64,000 nt of DNA, taken from positions 10,292,001 through 10,356,000 of the forward strand of contig CATNEN010000007.1 of assembly GCA_950097015.1 (NCBI GenBank). Direction: 5' to 3'. Origin of the DNA: Macrostomum hystrix (taxonomy: Eukaryota; Animalia; Platyhelminthes). The first letter of the stretch is position 1, and each line of letters begins with the position of its first letter. The translations under genes were made by a program, and so were the position numbers. This document shows positions 1-11,344 of the stretch, piece after piece. The notes below the pieces were generated by a model, which was not told the DNA's origin, made no database searches, and saw only the letters and a list, made by a program, of their open reading frames with translations.

Positions 1-3000
1 ATTAAAAGAGTCCACAGTAAGTGACTTCTTTGTTGCGTGTTTAACCGGACTTTTATTTGATTCAACTTCCTCCGCTATTTCTGCTTCTGGTTCAATAGGC
101 TTCTCAATCTCTGACACGGACTCAAGTAGCTTCTCCACAACTGCGTCCGACTTCACGGGCTTCTTCGCCACGCCCTGCATCTCAAATGGGCACTTCCAGA
201 CCCCTGGAGGAAGAATCTCGTCAGAGTAGCTATCAACAGCCTGCGAAATATCGTCAGTAAATGGGCCTTCATCCTGGGTCTGCATGATCAGTGCCGGATA
301 AGCGCGCGCGGTATTCGTCTTTGGCCAGCGAACGGGCTGGATTTGGCCAACACGCGGCGTAATAAAGCACCGACCTTCGGAAACAAACCCATGCTCACCA
401 TCAAAATTCTTGTCCAACCAGCACACGAGAACAGCATTTTTAAAAGGCGCACGTAATCGGATTGCAGACACAAGAGTTGTGGCTCTTGTCTCTTGGCAAG
501 CAGACTGAGAAACTCTTGCTTGTTTAGCGGGTGGCGGATTTGACACGAGACATAAACGTGCCTCGTTTATGTTTCGATCATTAAAATTCTTTGAACTATT
601 AGACGCACGCTTGGACAGTAGAAAAGCTTTGGAAACACGAGAGTTTTCTGACTTCACGGGCTCAGCCTCAACTGGCTTCTCTACGTCTAGTTCGACAGGC
701 TTATCTACTTCTGGTTCGACAGGTTTATCTGATTCTGGTTCGACAGGCTTATCTGATTCTGGTTCGACAGGCTTCTCTGCTTCCAGTTCATCAGGCGTCT
801 CTGCTTCCGGTTCATCAGGCATCTCTGCTTCTGGTTCGACAGCCCTCTCTGCTTCTGGTTCGACAAGCTTATCTGCTTCTGGTTCGACAGGCTTCTCTGC
901 TTCTGGTTCGACAGGCTTATCTGCTTCTGATTCGACAGGCTTCTCTGCTTCTGGTTCGACAGGCTTCTCTGCTTCTGATTCGACAGGCTTATCTGCTTCT
1001 GATTCGACAGGCTTATCTGCTTCTGGTTCGACAAGCTTATCTGCTTCTGATTCGACAGGCTTATCTGCTTCTGGTTCGACAAGCTTATCTGCTTCTGGTT
1101 CGACAGGCTTCTCTGCTTCTGGTTCGACAAGCTTCTCTGCTTCTGGTTCGACAGGCTTCTCTGCTTCTGGTTCGACAGGCTTATCTGCTTCTGATTCGAC
1201 AGGCTTATCTGCTTCTGGTTCGACAGCCCTCTCTGCTTCTGATTCGACAGGCTTATCTGCTTCTGATTCGACAGGCTTCTCTGCTTCTGGTTCGACAAGC
1301 TTATCTGCTTCTGGTTCGACAGGCTTCTCTGCTTCTGGTTCGACAGGCTTCTCTGCTTCTGGTTCGACAAGCTTATCTGCTTCTGATTCGACAAGCTTCT
1401 CTGCTTCTGGTTCGACAAGCATATCTGCTTCTGGTTCGACAGGCTTATCTGCTTCTGATTCGACAGGCTTATCTGCTTCTGGTTCGACAAGCTTATCTGC
1501 TTCTGGTTCGACAGGCTTCTCTGCTTCTGATTCGACAGGCTTATCTGCTTCTGGTTCGACAAGCTTATCTGCTTCTGGTTCGACAGGCTTCTCTGCTTCT
1601 GGTTCGACAGGCTTCTTTGCATCTGGCTCAAAAGTTTTTCTTGTTTTGCCCACTTGCTCGACGTGCTTTTCTGCTTGCGCAGCTAACTCCGCTGGCCTTT
1701 CATAGTCAGCGGAAGCAGCAGAAGCAGTGACTGAAGACTCAGGACAATGAACAGCAGTAGGTGCCTCATCAGGGATGGTAGTGACTTCGTCCTGCAGAGG
1801 CAATCATTCAGCAAGTCAATTCAGATGAAAATAAAGATCCGAGGACACTAGGAAGCTATGTAAAAAGCAACTGTATGATCAGCACTCACCTCCAGCTCGT
1901 CGCCAGACACAGTTTCATCCGTCTCGTCAGCCTCGACATCAAATTCAACGGTGGTTCGCTCGTCTGTCAATAAAATGTTGCGAATAGCCTCAACCCGAAC
2001 GAGGCCGCCGCGGCAGCCGATGGCCAGCAGGTTGTCAGCGCCAAGATTGGCATTCCAGGCCAGGCAGCGAATATCGTCGCCGACGTCAGAAATCAGCGGG
2101 CGATGGTGAGCCACGGCATGGAAAGTCTTGGACGAATCTGAAGCGGAAGTCTGACGAGCTGCTTCTGCTACCGCCGCCGCAGTTGCCTCAGAAGATCCCG
2201 CCGCGGGCTCGAGCGTGACCAGCGTGATGCCATTGTTTTTGGCGCAGGCGAAGGCGCCGTGCAGAGGACTACAGTCCAGGTAAGTCTCAGGGCCGGAGGC
2301 AACCATGGCCAACTGGGCAGTGTCGTGGCGAGGCGCCCAGCCGATATCGCCAATAGAGCCGTCCACCTGCAGCGAGGCTGTCGTGAGCAGCTCGCCAGGC
2401 CTCTTGAGGCAGAAAATAAAGATGCGGCGCCCGGCGGCCGCAGCCAGCAGGGTGTCTGGCTGGCCCAGCGGATGCAGGCGAATGTCGTCAATAGCCAACG
2501 CAGCACCCGAAGCATGCGTCGCTTGAACGTTGCAAGCGCTGACAGACCAGGCGTGCGCAGGTGGGTGGTCGGCGGCAGCGGAATCTAAGTTGGCGGAGAG
2601 CCAGATGGCGCACCTGCCATCTGAGAAGCCGGCGGCGAGGACATCGGCACTGCTGGCGCAGGTGTCAAGCGCGGTGACGGCGCATCTGCCACTGGGCAGC
2701 CTGAGCTGCATCATGGAGCCGTCCTTTGCCTCATCCAGCGTCAGAAGACGAACGGCTCCGTCCTCGCAGGCCAGCGCGAGGCGACCCTTGAAGCCAGGAA
2801 GGGCTTTAACACAGTTGACTCGGCCGAAGCTGTACTCCCGCCTAATCGGGCAGCCGGTGGTGCCGATGCCGGGAAGGAGACTCCAGACCTGAAGGCTGCA
2901 ACGCCCGGCAGAGTCCTCTGTGCAGAGCGCCAGGCGCTGAACAGCCGAGCCCGGAGGCGCCGCCAGCCAGGAGAGGCAGACCACAGCAGCACCAGCGTCA

Positions 3001-3332
3001 AGTAGAATCGGATTGAACGAAGCGGAGCAGGCCGTCATGGAGGTGGAGTCGGGCGCGCGCTGGCTGCGCCTGCTGCAATGGTACGAGCGCCGAATCTCGC
3101 GCCGAATGTGGACGACAGTGGCAGCGTAACTGGAGATCGGGTCGAGCGGCCCAAAGCGCCAGCCGAGAAGCAGCAGGTGCTGCGAGTCGATCTTTAAGCG
3201 CTTGCTGTCCAGCCGTTTCTCGTCTATGAAGCGCGTGACGCCGTCCAGAATTAGTTGGGCGCGCCAGATGTCAAACGAGGCGAAGAGCCGAGGACTGCCT
3301 TTAACTAGGCCCTTCCGTTTGGTCTGAACCAT
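1..3332 (-). CDS. GTF3C2: TFIIIC subunit 2 (GTF3C2/Tfc6)-like WD40 protein with acidic repeat C-terminal extension; exons 3332-1890 and 1791-<1 (3' end outside window)
   Basis: Motifs [43 protein letters not shown] and [27 protein letters not shown] resemble, in order, GTF3C2 motifs (LLALACSDG, LAAGYYNG, DRKIKFWDLRRPYE, FSPNL..WLVSGGQSGLVRI). GT-AG phase-0 intron 1889-1792 (GAG|GTGAGT...CTGCAG|GAC). The second exon frame is stop-free to position 1. Confidence 0.75.
700..1620 (-). repeat. Coding 24-bp tandem repeat, about 38 copies, encoding K(P/L)VE(P/S)EA(E/D)
   Basis: Unit TCTGCTTCTGGTTCGACAGGCTT(A/C) on the plus strand, in frame with exon 2 of the GTF3C2-like gene. Confidence 0.9.
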
Positions 3333-3498
3333 GTTGCTGGAAACAGTCGTTACGTCTCATAAACACATCTCTGATGTTTAGCCAAAGTTTAATGATTAAG
3401 AATGACTATATAAACAACTTAAGCGATACATTTTCTAAACTAAACATTATATGCGATAATATTTACTATTTAGGATCTCAAAGGACACAGCAAAGTTA

Positions 3499-3714
3499 GG
3501 ATTAGAGGGGATGCGGTATCAGATCTTGGGATTAGAGGGGATGCGGTATCAGATCTTGGGATTAGAGGGGATGCAGCGTCAGATCTTGGGATTAGGGGGA
3601 TGCAGCGTCAGATCTTGGGATTAGAGGGGATGCGGTATCAGATCTTGGGATTAGAGGGGATGCAGTATCAGATCTTGGGATTAGAGAGGATGCGGTATCA
3701 TAACTTGGGATTAG
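3499..3714. repeat. Minisatellite, 30-bp unit, about 7 copies
   Basis: GGATTAGAGGGGATGCGGTATCAGATCTTG repeated (one 29-bp variant). Confidence 0.95.
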
Positions 3715-4390
3715 TTGATGGAGTAGCTCGTATCATACTCGTAGTTTTGAACTAAAGGGTAATGCCGACTGGGATTACTGGTCTGAGGATAATGTCACTG
3801 TTGAGATCATAAGCTCAAAATTTGAAACTACTACAGCTAGTTTTTAAGCTATTAATACTATTAGAATTACATGGCAGTGAGAACTTTTGCTTCCAATTGA
3901 AATTAGATGTATTTATGGAATTGATGCGTTGAGATTGCGTGCGTAAACTCAGCACAATGATGATTGTGCTGAGATGTGCTGAGATTGTCGCAATGAAATT
4001 ATGCGACTCGCATAATTTACTAGAACATGAGCCCTAGCGAATACTGTCGCTTGAATATAAAATTTGGAGTGAAAGCCGAAACAAATCTGTAGAATATTTC
4101 AATTACCGACCCAAGGCGAAAGGCAGCACTGCCGCTGGCCAGTGTATTTATTCAAAGCACGCAAATAGTTTTAAGGATAAACTTTAACAAATAATCAGTG
4201 GTCAGCATAGTGCGTACCCAGTAATAATATTGATAAATTTAGAATTAAGCATGGAAGTATATGTGTAGTTGATTAAATATGAAAATAAATAATTAAAACA
4301 TATCAGTGGCTAGTTACCAGTAAGTCATTTTGGATGGATGCCTCTAAAATGTTGGAAAAATCATTTCTTTATTAACCCAAAATGCACCCG

Positions 4391-4826
4391 AGTCCCGTCA
4401 GTGTGTGGTCTGTGGCACAGTCCCGTCAGTGTGTGGTCTGTGGCACAGTCCCATCAGTGTGTGGTCTGTGCCCAAGTCCCGTCAGTGTGTGGTCTGTGCC
4501 CAAGTCCCGTCAGTGTGTGGTCTGTGGCACAGTCCCGTCAGTGTGTGGTCTGTGCCCAAGTCCCGTCAGTGTGTGGTCTGTGCCCAAGTCCCGTCAGTGT
4601 GTGGTCTGTGGCACAGTCCCGTCAGTGTGTGGTCTGTGCCCAAGTCCCGTCAGTGTGTGGTCTGTGCCCAAGTCCCGTCAGTGTGTGGTCTGTGGCACAG
4701 TCCCGTCAGTCTGGTCTGTGCCCAGGTCCCGTCAGTGTGTGGTCTGTGCCCAAGTCCCGTCAGTGTGTGGTCTGTGCCCAAGTCCCGTCAGTGTGTGGTC
4801 TGTGGCACAGTCCCGTCAGTGTGTGG
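4391..4826. repeat. Minisatellite, 28-bp unit with two variants, about 15 copies
   Basis: AGTCCCGTCAGTGTGTGGTCTGT(GGCAC/GCCCA). Confidence 0.95.
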
Positions 4827-5321
4827 CATGTGATACAAGTTTTCAGGTACAGCTACAAGAACAAGGAGTGCAGAAAATAGAGCACAGAGCGCAGTCAAAA
4901 TGTACAGTTCAAGTGAGAATGATGAGAAAACAAAAATATCGAACAGTGGAAAAGTTACTAGGGATAAAAACAAAAGGCAACAAGCATGGTTGCCACGGCT
5001 GGCTACTTAGATACAGAACCTATAGAACAATAAAAAAGCAAAAATTATCCACAGTAGACAGAAGAATGTTTAAAATTGAATTACTCCTACAACTAAGAAC
5101 CTGTTCATTGAAATTTCTACCTACGCCATGCTGCCATAACAAAATAACCAAATACTAAGCTTTACTTGTCGGCAACACGAGTTCTTAACACTCGGCGAAG
5201 AAGCGACCCAGTCGAGTCATCGGGGGCCAGTCGTTAGGAAAATAACCAATTTAGCACACTATCTGAGAAGAGCACAGCTAGAGTAAAGTACATCGCAGCC
5301 TTCACTTCATTTCACAGCAAG

Positions 5322-7593
5322 CTAGGCCTCCACGATGAGGTTGTCCTGGGCGCCGCCGTCAGAGGCTGACGCTGCCTGCTGGTAGGCGGTGCCGATGACG
5401 CGGTCGCTGGGCTGCAGCAGGACGATGTTGATGCCGTCCTCCAGCTCGGCGGCGTACTCCTCCTCCTCCTCGCGCAGCGCCGCAGCCTCCTCGTCCGAGT
5501 CGGCAAGGCCGAGGCTGAAGTAGTCCTTCTGCCAGGCCGGAGGCTTCCGCCGCCGTCCAGAACTCGTGTAGCTGGTGCGCGGATCGTAGTCGTCCTCGAA
5601 GTCCTCGACCAGCTCGGCGTTGTCCACCTGCAGTCGCATTCGGGAGATATTTCGTGTCAGTTAGCTCACTCTGTGATTCCCAACCACCTGAAAATGCCCG
5701 ACAGAAAGTCACAAACCTCTTCGTAGATCGTGTCCGGGTTCGGCCGCACGTAGTTGCCCTCGCCAGCCATGTACTCCTCCTCCTTGTACTCAAACACCCG
5801 CTGCTGGCCCGACCCGCCAGCTCCGGTGCGCACCATCCGCGGCCGCCCGATGGGCCGTCCCGAGCCCGGCGTCTTCTGCCCCGCCTGCTGCACAGATGGC
5901 GGCTCCAGCGGATTCTTACGCGGCCGGCCGCGAGGCTTCTTGTTCAGGCGCCTCTCCGCCTCCTGAACTCGCTTCAGCGCCTCGTACGCCGACTGGCCCA
6001 TTGCCGAGATGCCCAGACCGCCATCGTCGGGACCCTCCATCACCGCCGCCTTGCCGTTCTTGAACCTGTCCTCGTTGTCCGCCTCGTCCGTGTAGCCCTC
6101 GCGCTCTCGCCGAATCTTTGACATTGCCTCCTCGAACGTCTTGATCATCTTCGGCTTCCGAGTCGTCTTTGGCGGCGCCTTGATCAGCGTGTGGTTCACC
6201 GGGTCGCGGTTCTGGCTGTGCACCGCGTGGTGCTTCACCAGGTCCGGCTTGCTGTTCGTCACGAAATCGCAGTTCTGGTACTTGCACGAGAACGGACCGT
6301 CGTGACAGCCCCGGATCGCCAGCTCCTCCTTGTGCACCGTCGCCTTGTGCAACTCCTTCTCCTCCTTCGACTCGAAGCTGGCCATGCAGTAGCGGCACAC
6401 GTGACGCTTTGACACGCGCAGTGCGTGAGCCCGCGTGATGTGGTGGTTCAGCTGGTTGAACCCGGGAAAGCCCTTCTCGCCGCAGATCGGACACGAGATC
6501 AGCGTGATGCTCGAGTGAGCCTTCACGTGCGCCTTCAGGTCGGCCAGCTCGTTGATGTAGCAGTTGCACGACACGCAGCGAAACTTTGCCTGCAGACTAC
6601 GCACCGTCGGGCAGCTCCGCGTGTGCTTCTTCAGCGTGTAGATGCTGTCAAAGGTCACCGAGCAGCCGTTGCACTCCAGCTGAAGGCTACTCGAGGCCAG
6701 CTGTGAGTAGTTCTCTCTCAGCTCGTGCTCTCGAGTGCGCAAGTGGGCCACCAGAATGTCAAACGTGGTGAAAGACTTGCTGCAAATCTCGCACTTGAAT
6801 GCTCTCTCCATGTTGGGAAAGTGCATGCGCCTGTGCTGCAGCATGTTCGACCGCTGGGTGAACCGCTTCGGACACTTGTCACACTTGAACGGCTTCTCGC
6901 CTCGGTGAGACCGAAGGTGGGCATCAAATGTGCCTCCGTTGTTCGTCATGTACGTGCACTGACGACAGTGGTAGCGAAAGTCCTTCGGGTTTCGCTTCGG
7001 CTTCTTTGCGTCCACGTGGATGCGGCGCGCGTGCAAGAACAGGTCGCTCAGGTTGGCAAAGTACTTGTCGCATTGCCGGCATACATACGCCTTCAGCATG
7101 TGCCGCTCGCGCAGGTGCTTCGTGAATGCGCCCGCATTCGTAAAGTCTGACGGACAGTAATTGCACTGGTACACCAGCTGGTTCTTCCCCTGCTGAATCG
7201 ACCGCGATCCCCTCGCCTCCTGCGAGTACGTCTGCACTGCGCCGCCCATCTCGTCCGCCTCCGGCCCTCCCGACGAAGTCAGCTGGATCTGGATCGGTCC
7301 TCCATCCGCCTGCGCCTGGATCTGCTCAATCACCTCCGATGACAGCTCGAACGTCTCATTGTTGCTCGTCGTCAGCTGGATCTGGATCGGACCGCCCGCT
7401 GCCTGAGCCTGGATCTGCTGAATCACCTCCGCCGGCAGCTCAATCACCTCGTCTCCGCCGCTGCTGCTGCCCAGCTGGATGTGCATGCTGGAGCCGCCCT
7501 GGGCCTCATCAGCCGGCATGTGCTGCATCAGCTCCTCGGGTAGCTCAATCATTCTTGCACCTGCAGTGTTTTGTGTAGATCTGATTAGTGGAC
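5322..7593 (-). CDS. C2H2 zinc-finger protein (about 10 fingers) with AT-hooks, copy A; exons 7593-5717 and 5627-5322; upstream exon not located
   Basis: Repeated CxxC..H..H fingers with HRGEKPF linker; KKPRGRPRK and GRPIGRPR AT-hooks; 89-bp phase-0 GT-AG intron 5716-5628 joins ORFs 5666-7552 and 5322-5639; acceptor TTTCAG at 7594 with open frame into ATG 7552. Confidence 0.9.
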
Positions 7594-8300
7594 CTGAAAA
7601 TTAAATGCCAAGCTTAGAAATATAAGCATTGCCAAGGTTTCTGTTTTCAATTATTGCAGTTTTAGCACTTATCTTGTCTTTGGAATCCTTTTGTTAATTT
7701 CAGACTCATAAATTGTAATTAAACTGTACTTTTGATGATTATTTGACTGCAAAGGGCCTTACAACTAGCCCTACAAAGATGATTATTATACTCACACATT
7801 TATAGATCTCATTATAAACAAATTATTTTAATTATACTTCAAGGTTTCTTAAAGTGAATGATAGGAACTAAATTTCATAGGACTGTTAAGAATAGTTGTT
7901 GAGGTGTAATTTAGCTGTAAACAATAAAAAAATAAAAAAGCATTACAAAGTAGACCTGATACCATCAATGTAATCCTTAGCTAATAATCTAGGAAGAACA
8001 ATTGATAGTAATGGCATACATAAATAGAACATTATTTAATTAGGCTAAACAATAACCCATTAACTTTGTGAAATGTTATTCCTTCATTTAAAAATTAATA
8101 AAATTAGAATATAAACTTAAAAGTGCACTTTTCTGAACATGAACATCATCACAGCACATAATGACTCTGTTTATCTTAGATCATGGGTTACATCATGATG
8201 AAAAAAGACCACAGTTGGTTGAATGGTATCTTATATAAATAGCTATAGTCTATAGCTATACTGAAAGCTGAACTAGATATTATTATAGGTCTATTGGCTA

Positions 8301-8942
8301 GGGTAATGTATCATCAACCGAACAGTGTATCTTCAAAACCGAACAAGAATTTTGACTTCTTCCTTGGTCTCATGCCAGACAGAAACAAGCTATTGTGTTT
8401 CACAGAATAACTAATTTGAAAGTTGAAGAAATTATCTACAAGCTGAGGCATGATGTGCAATGAAGCATTAAGAGGAAAGAAAGATATTGATGTTTCAGTA
8501 AAAATTTTTATTGCAAAAGCATACTTTTTAACAACATTTTTTCAGTATGTACTTTAGACAAAGATTGTATGTGGTTGCTTGCCAATTAAATGACCATAAA
8601 TGTAGTTATTTATAAAACATGAAAAATGCTTTTAAATTACATAATTCATGATAGTTCACTCCTTAAAATAAGATTAAACCACTCACTCAAATTATAAAAC
8701 CAAACATCAAATTCTCTGTTTGGTTTAAAGATACATGAAAATCATTGTTTGGTTTTAGATAAAAAGCAGGAATAAATTTTTTCTATTTGACAAAATAGCA
8801 AAAGCAGATACTTTTTAGAAAGATGTAACTGTTTTCTATAACTTGGCTTTTGGTTTATCATCATATCTTAAATAGAAAATCTGTAGCTTAAGTTTGAAGT
8901 TAAAAAAATACACATTCTTGTTTGGTTGATAATACATTACCC
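8301..8942. mobile_element. MITE with 24-bp terminal inverted repeats
   Basis: GGGTAATGTATCATCAACCGAACA (8301) versus reverse complement of TGTTTGGTTGATAATACATTACCC (ends 8942), 2 mismatches; internal AACC(G/A)AACA motifs in both orientations; left flank TA. Confidence 0.7.
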
Positions 8943-11344
8943 AATAGTATCTCAAATTAACCTGTATATAAAAAACTACATTTTTGCATAAATGGATCTG
9001 GCATATTTTTTATTGAGATTGGCACAGCACACAATAGAGCAGCATGGCTTGGCAAAGGCCCCATACCATAGTGCAATTTTGTAGGGGCCTAGCATACAAC
9101 ACTATAAAGGAAAAAAATTCAAGGTCTATGTCAAGGACACACGTCTAACAAGGCAGATCATTTTTAATTTTCAGGCAAATTTCTATGAACTTTGTTTGAA
9201 AATTTCAATAGCAAAAATGAGAGGGTTTTAAAGCAAGAATGGAGCAAAGCCAAGTTATAATACTTATAAGTTCTAATATTGAAAATTTTATCAACAACAG
9301 TTGGGCCAAGCAAAAGGACTGACTCAGTTAGAAAATTATATAGAGAGTTATTAGAGCCCAATTAATCTTTTTGTCTTCTGCATTAAAAATAATTAGAAAA
9401 ATATAGTATAGCGTGGTAAAAAAAGTCATGGTAAAAAGGTAAAAAACTGTAGTCTAAAAGTGTATACATTATACATTATATTATATTAGCTAGCTATGTA
9501 ATGGATAGAAACAACATATTCTATATGATTATATTCTCAACGTAGCTTAGCTAGCTGGCCTAAATTCAATTGTACAGCATAAAAATAGTATAAAACAGGA
9601 AATTAAAAAACTTTTTAACTTTTGTCCATTAGACATAGTTATGTTTTATAAAACACGAAACTTATTATAGTAGTTTTCGATTTATTACAAGGCTTGGGTT
9701 TTTTATCTAGAGAACACAGTCAGAAGGTAGTTTAATACGCGTGGAGCACATGCCATGTGTTCATATTCACTGATATACTAAAACAAAACCACTCATTTTA
9801 ACTGCGCTAAGTGCTATTAGTTAAATAAAATAATATTTTAAAAAACTTATTAAGGCTAAAAAGCAGAACGAAAATTTAGCACGAAAACAATTTAGCGCAT
9901 AGTTAAACGGTTAAATAACCATTGTTGAAATTAATGATAATAATAGGAATCGGGTCAACTTCGCAAAAATGGCCGACATTCCCGCCAAAAGCATTCGTAA
10001 ATAACGAGGATTAAAGCCGTGAAACTCATTATTGTGAAGTTTGCGGAATAGCCTGAAGAGCACGTCAGTTTTTTTGTTGTTTTCGGATTTAAGAATAAAC
10101 ATCACATCGGAAAAGATATGATAATACTTAAGACCGAAATTATTTCAAGATGTATATAGACTTAATATATAGACTATATAATCCTCAAACACAGGACAAA
10201 CTGAGGTTTCACCTCATGTCATCTAAAATATTGTCCTTTTATATCATTGATGCTTATGCGCAGAGTCCTGAACTGCATCCCTGGCAGGGGAGACAAAGCA
10301 CACTCAAAGTGCACGCGCGGCTAAGGGGGACAGGCGGTGCAGAGAGGAACGGAACCAGACGGCCCCAGAGGCAGTCGGGCTGAGCGGTTACTCAGTGCTA
10401 ACGAAAAGGTTACCTAAGCTGCATAGCAGGTGGGGCAACTGACAGCTAGTGAGCAGTGGCTCACTTCACTCTTATTTTAAATAATAAAAATATATACTTT
10501 GCTTCTTAATTTGCCTGAGACAACTCTCTATTGCACTGCAACTAAGGTACGTTTATAGATTTTTTGCTCCAAATCCTTGCCATATGATCAGTCTGACGGA
10601 TCCTGTACTGGCCTAAACCATGGAATTAATACTAATTAATGCTTAATTTAGTATCTAGAATTAGTACTATTTGTTAAATGATGCAATTAGAGATTCAATT
10701 AAACTATCACGAAGTTTTCGTTGTGGTCCTTCTGGTTACTATATCAATAGAATTCTATAAATAGACCTCCCTCCCTCTGAACCCCTCCCTACAAATGGGA
10801 ATTTGACTCACAGCAATTTGAATCCACAGCTAAGCTTAGATCCTTTGCAAGCAATTGCTGATTTTTTTAAAATGAACAAATGCTTTCGTTAAACGGTATA
10901 GTGTCTTTAATTGATCACATATTGATTAGGCCAATGTTTTTACTCGGCAGACAGAAAAGCTCAGTGTACTTTATTTAAAACCCCATGTGCACCAACGGCT
11001 GAATTAACAAAAAATTATTCCTTTTACTGATAGGCTGTCCCATAGGTTCCGTACATGCCAGTGGCTAGCATGATAAAATTAAATCTTTCTGTCAGGCGGC
11101 AGGTCGCCAGCTCTTTCACGAGAAAATCACAAAAACTCAATAGGAAATTATGTCACAGTCAGAGCAGCCGAGCAGCAAACAACGGGGCAAAGCGAGTTTC
11201 GGTCAGTTCTCAAACTATAGTGAAACGGGCTCAGGGAAAAGAAAACGACAAAGGTAAGTAATTTTTAAGTGGAAAGGAAATTGGAAAATACAGAAGCAGA
11301 CGGAACAGGGGAGAATATGCAACAGGTAGTTGGGATCACTGGAT

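Noticed and set aside
569-1705. 378-aa Ser/Gly-rich ORF (+) and 308-aa SLSNQKQ ORF (-)
   Set aside because: Shadow frames of the 24-bp repeat; the spliced, stop-free frame is the third one (KPVEPEAE)
4338-5158. Cys-rich ORFs resembling metallothionein or zinc fingers
   Set aside because: Open in several frames only because the 28-bp repeat lacks stops
8195-8265. ATGATGA...CTGA snoRNA-like boxes
   Set aside because: No terminal stem or recognisable guide, and antisense to the presumed host intron
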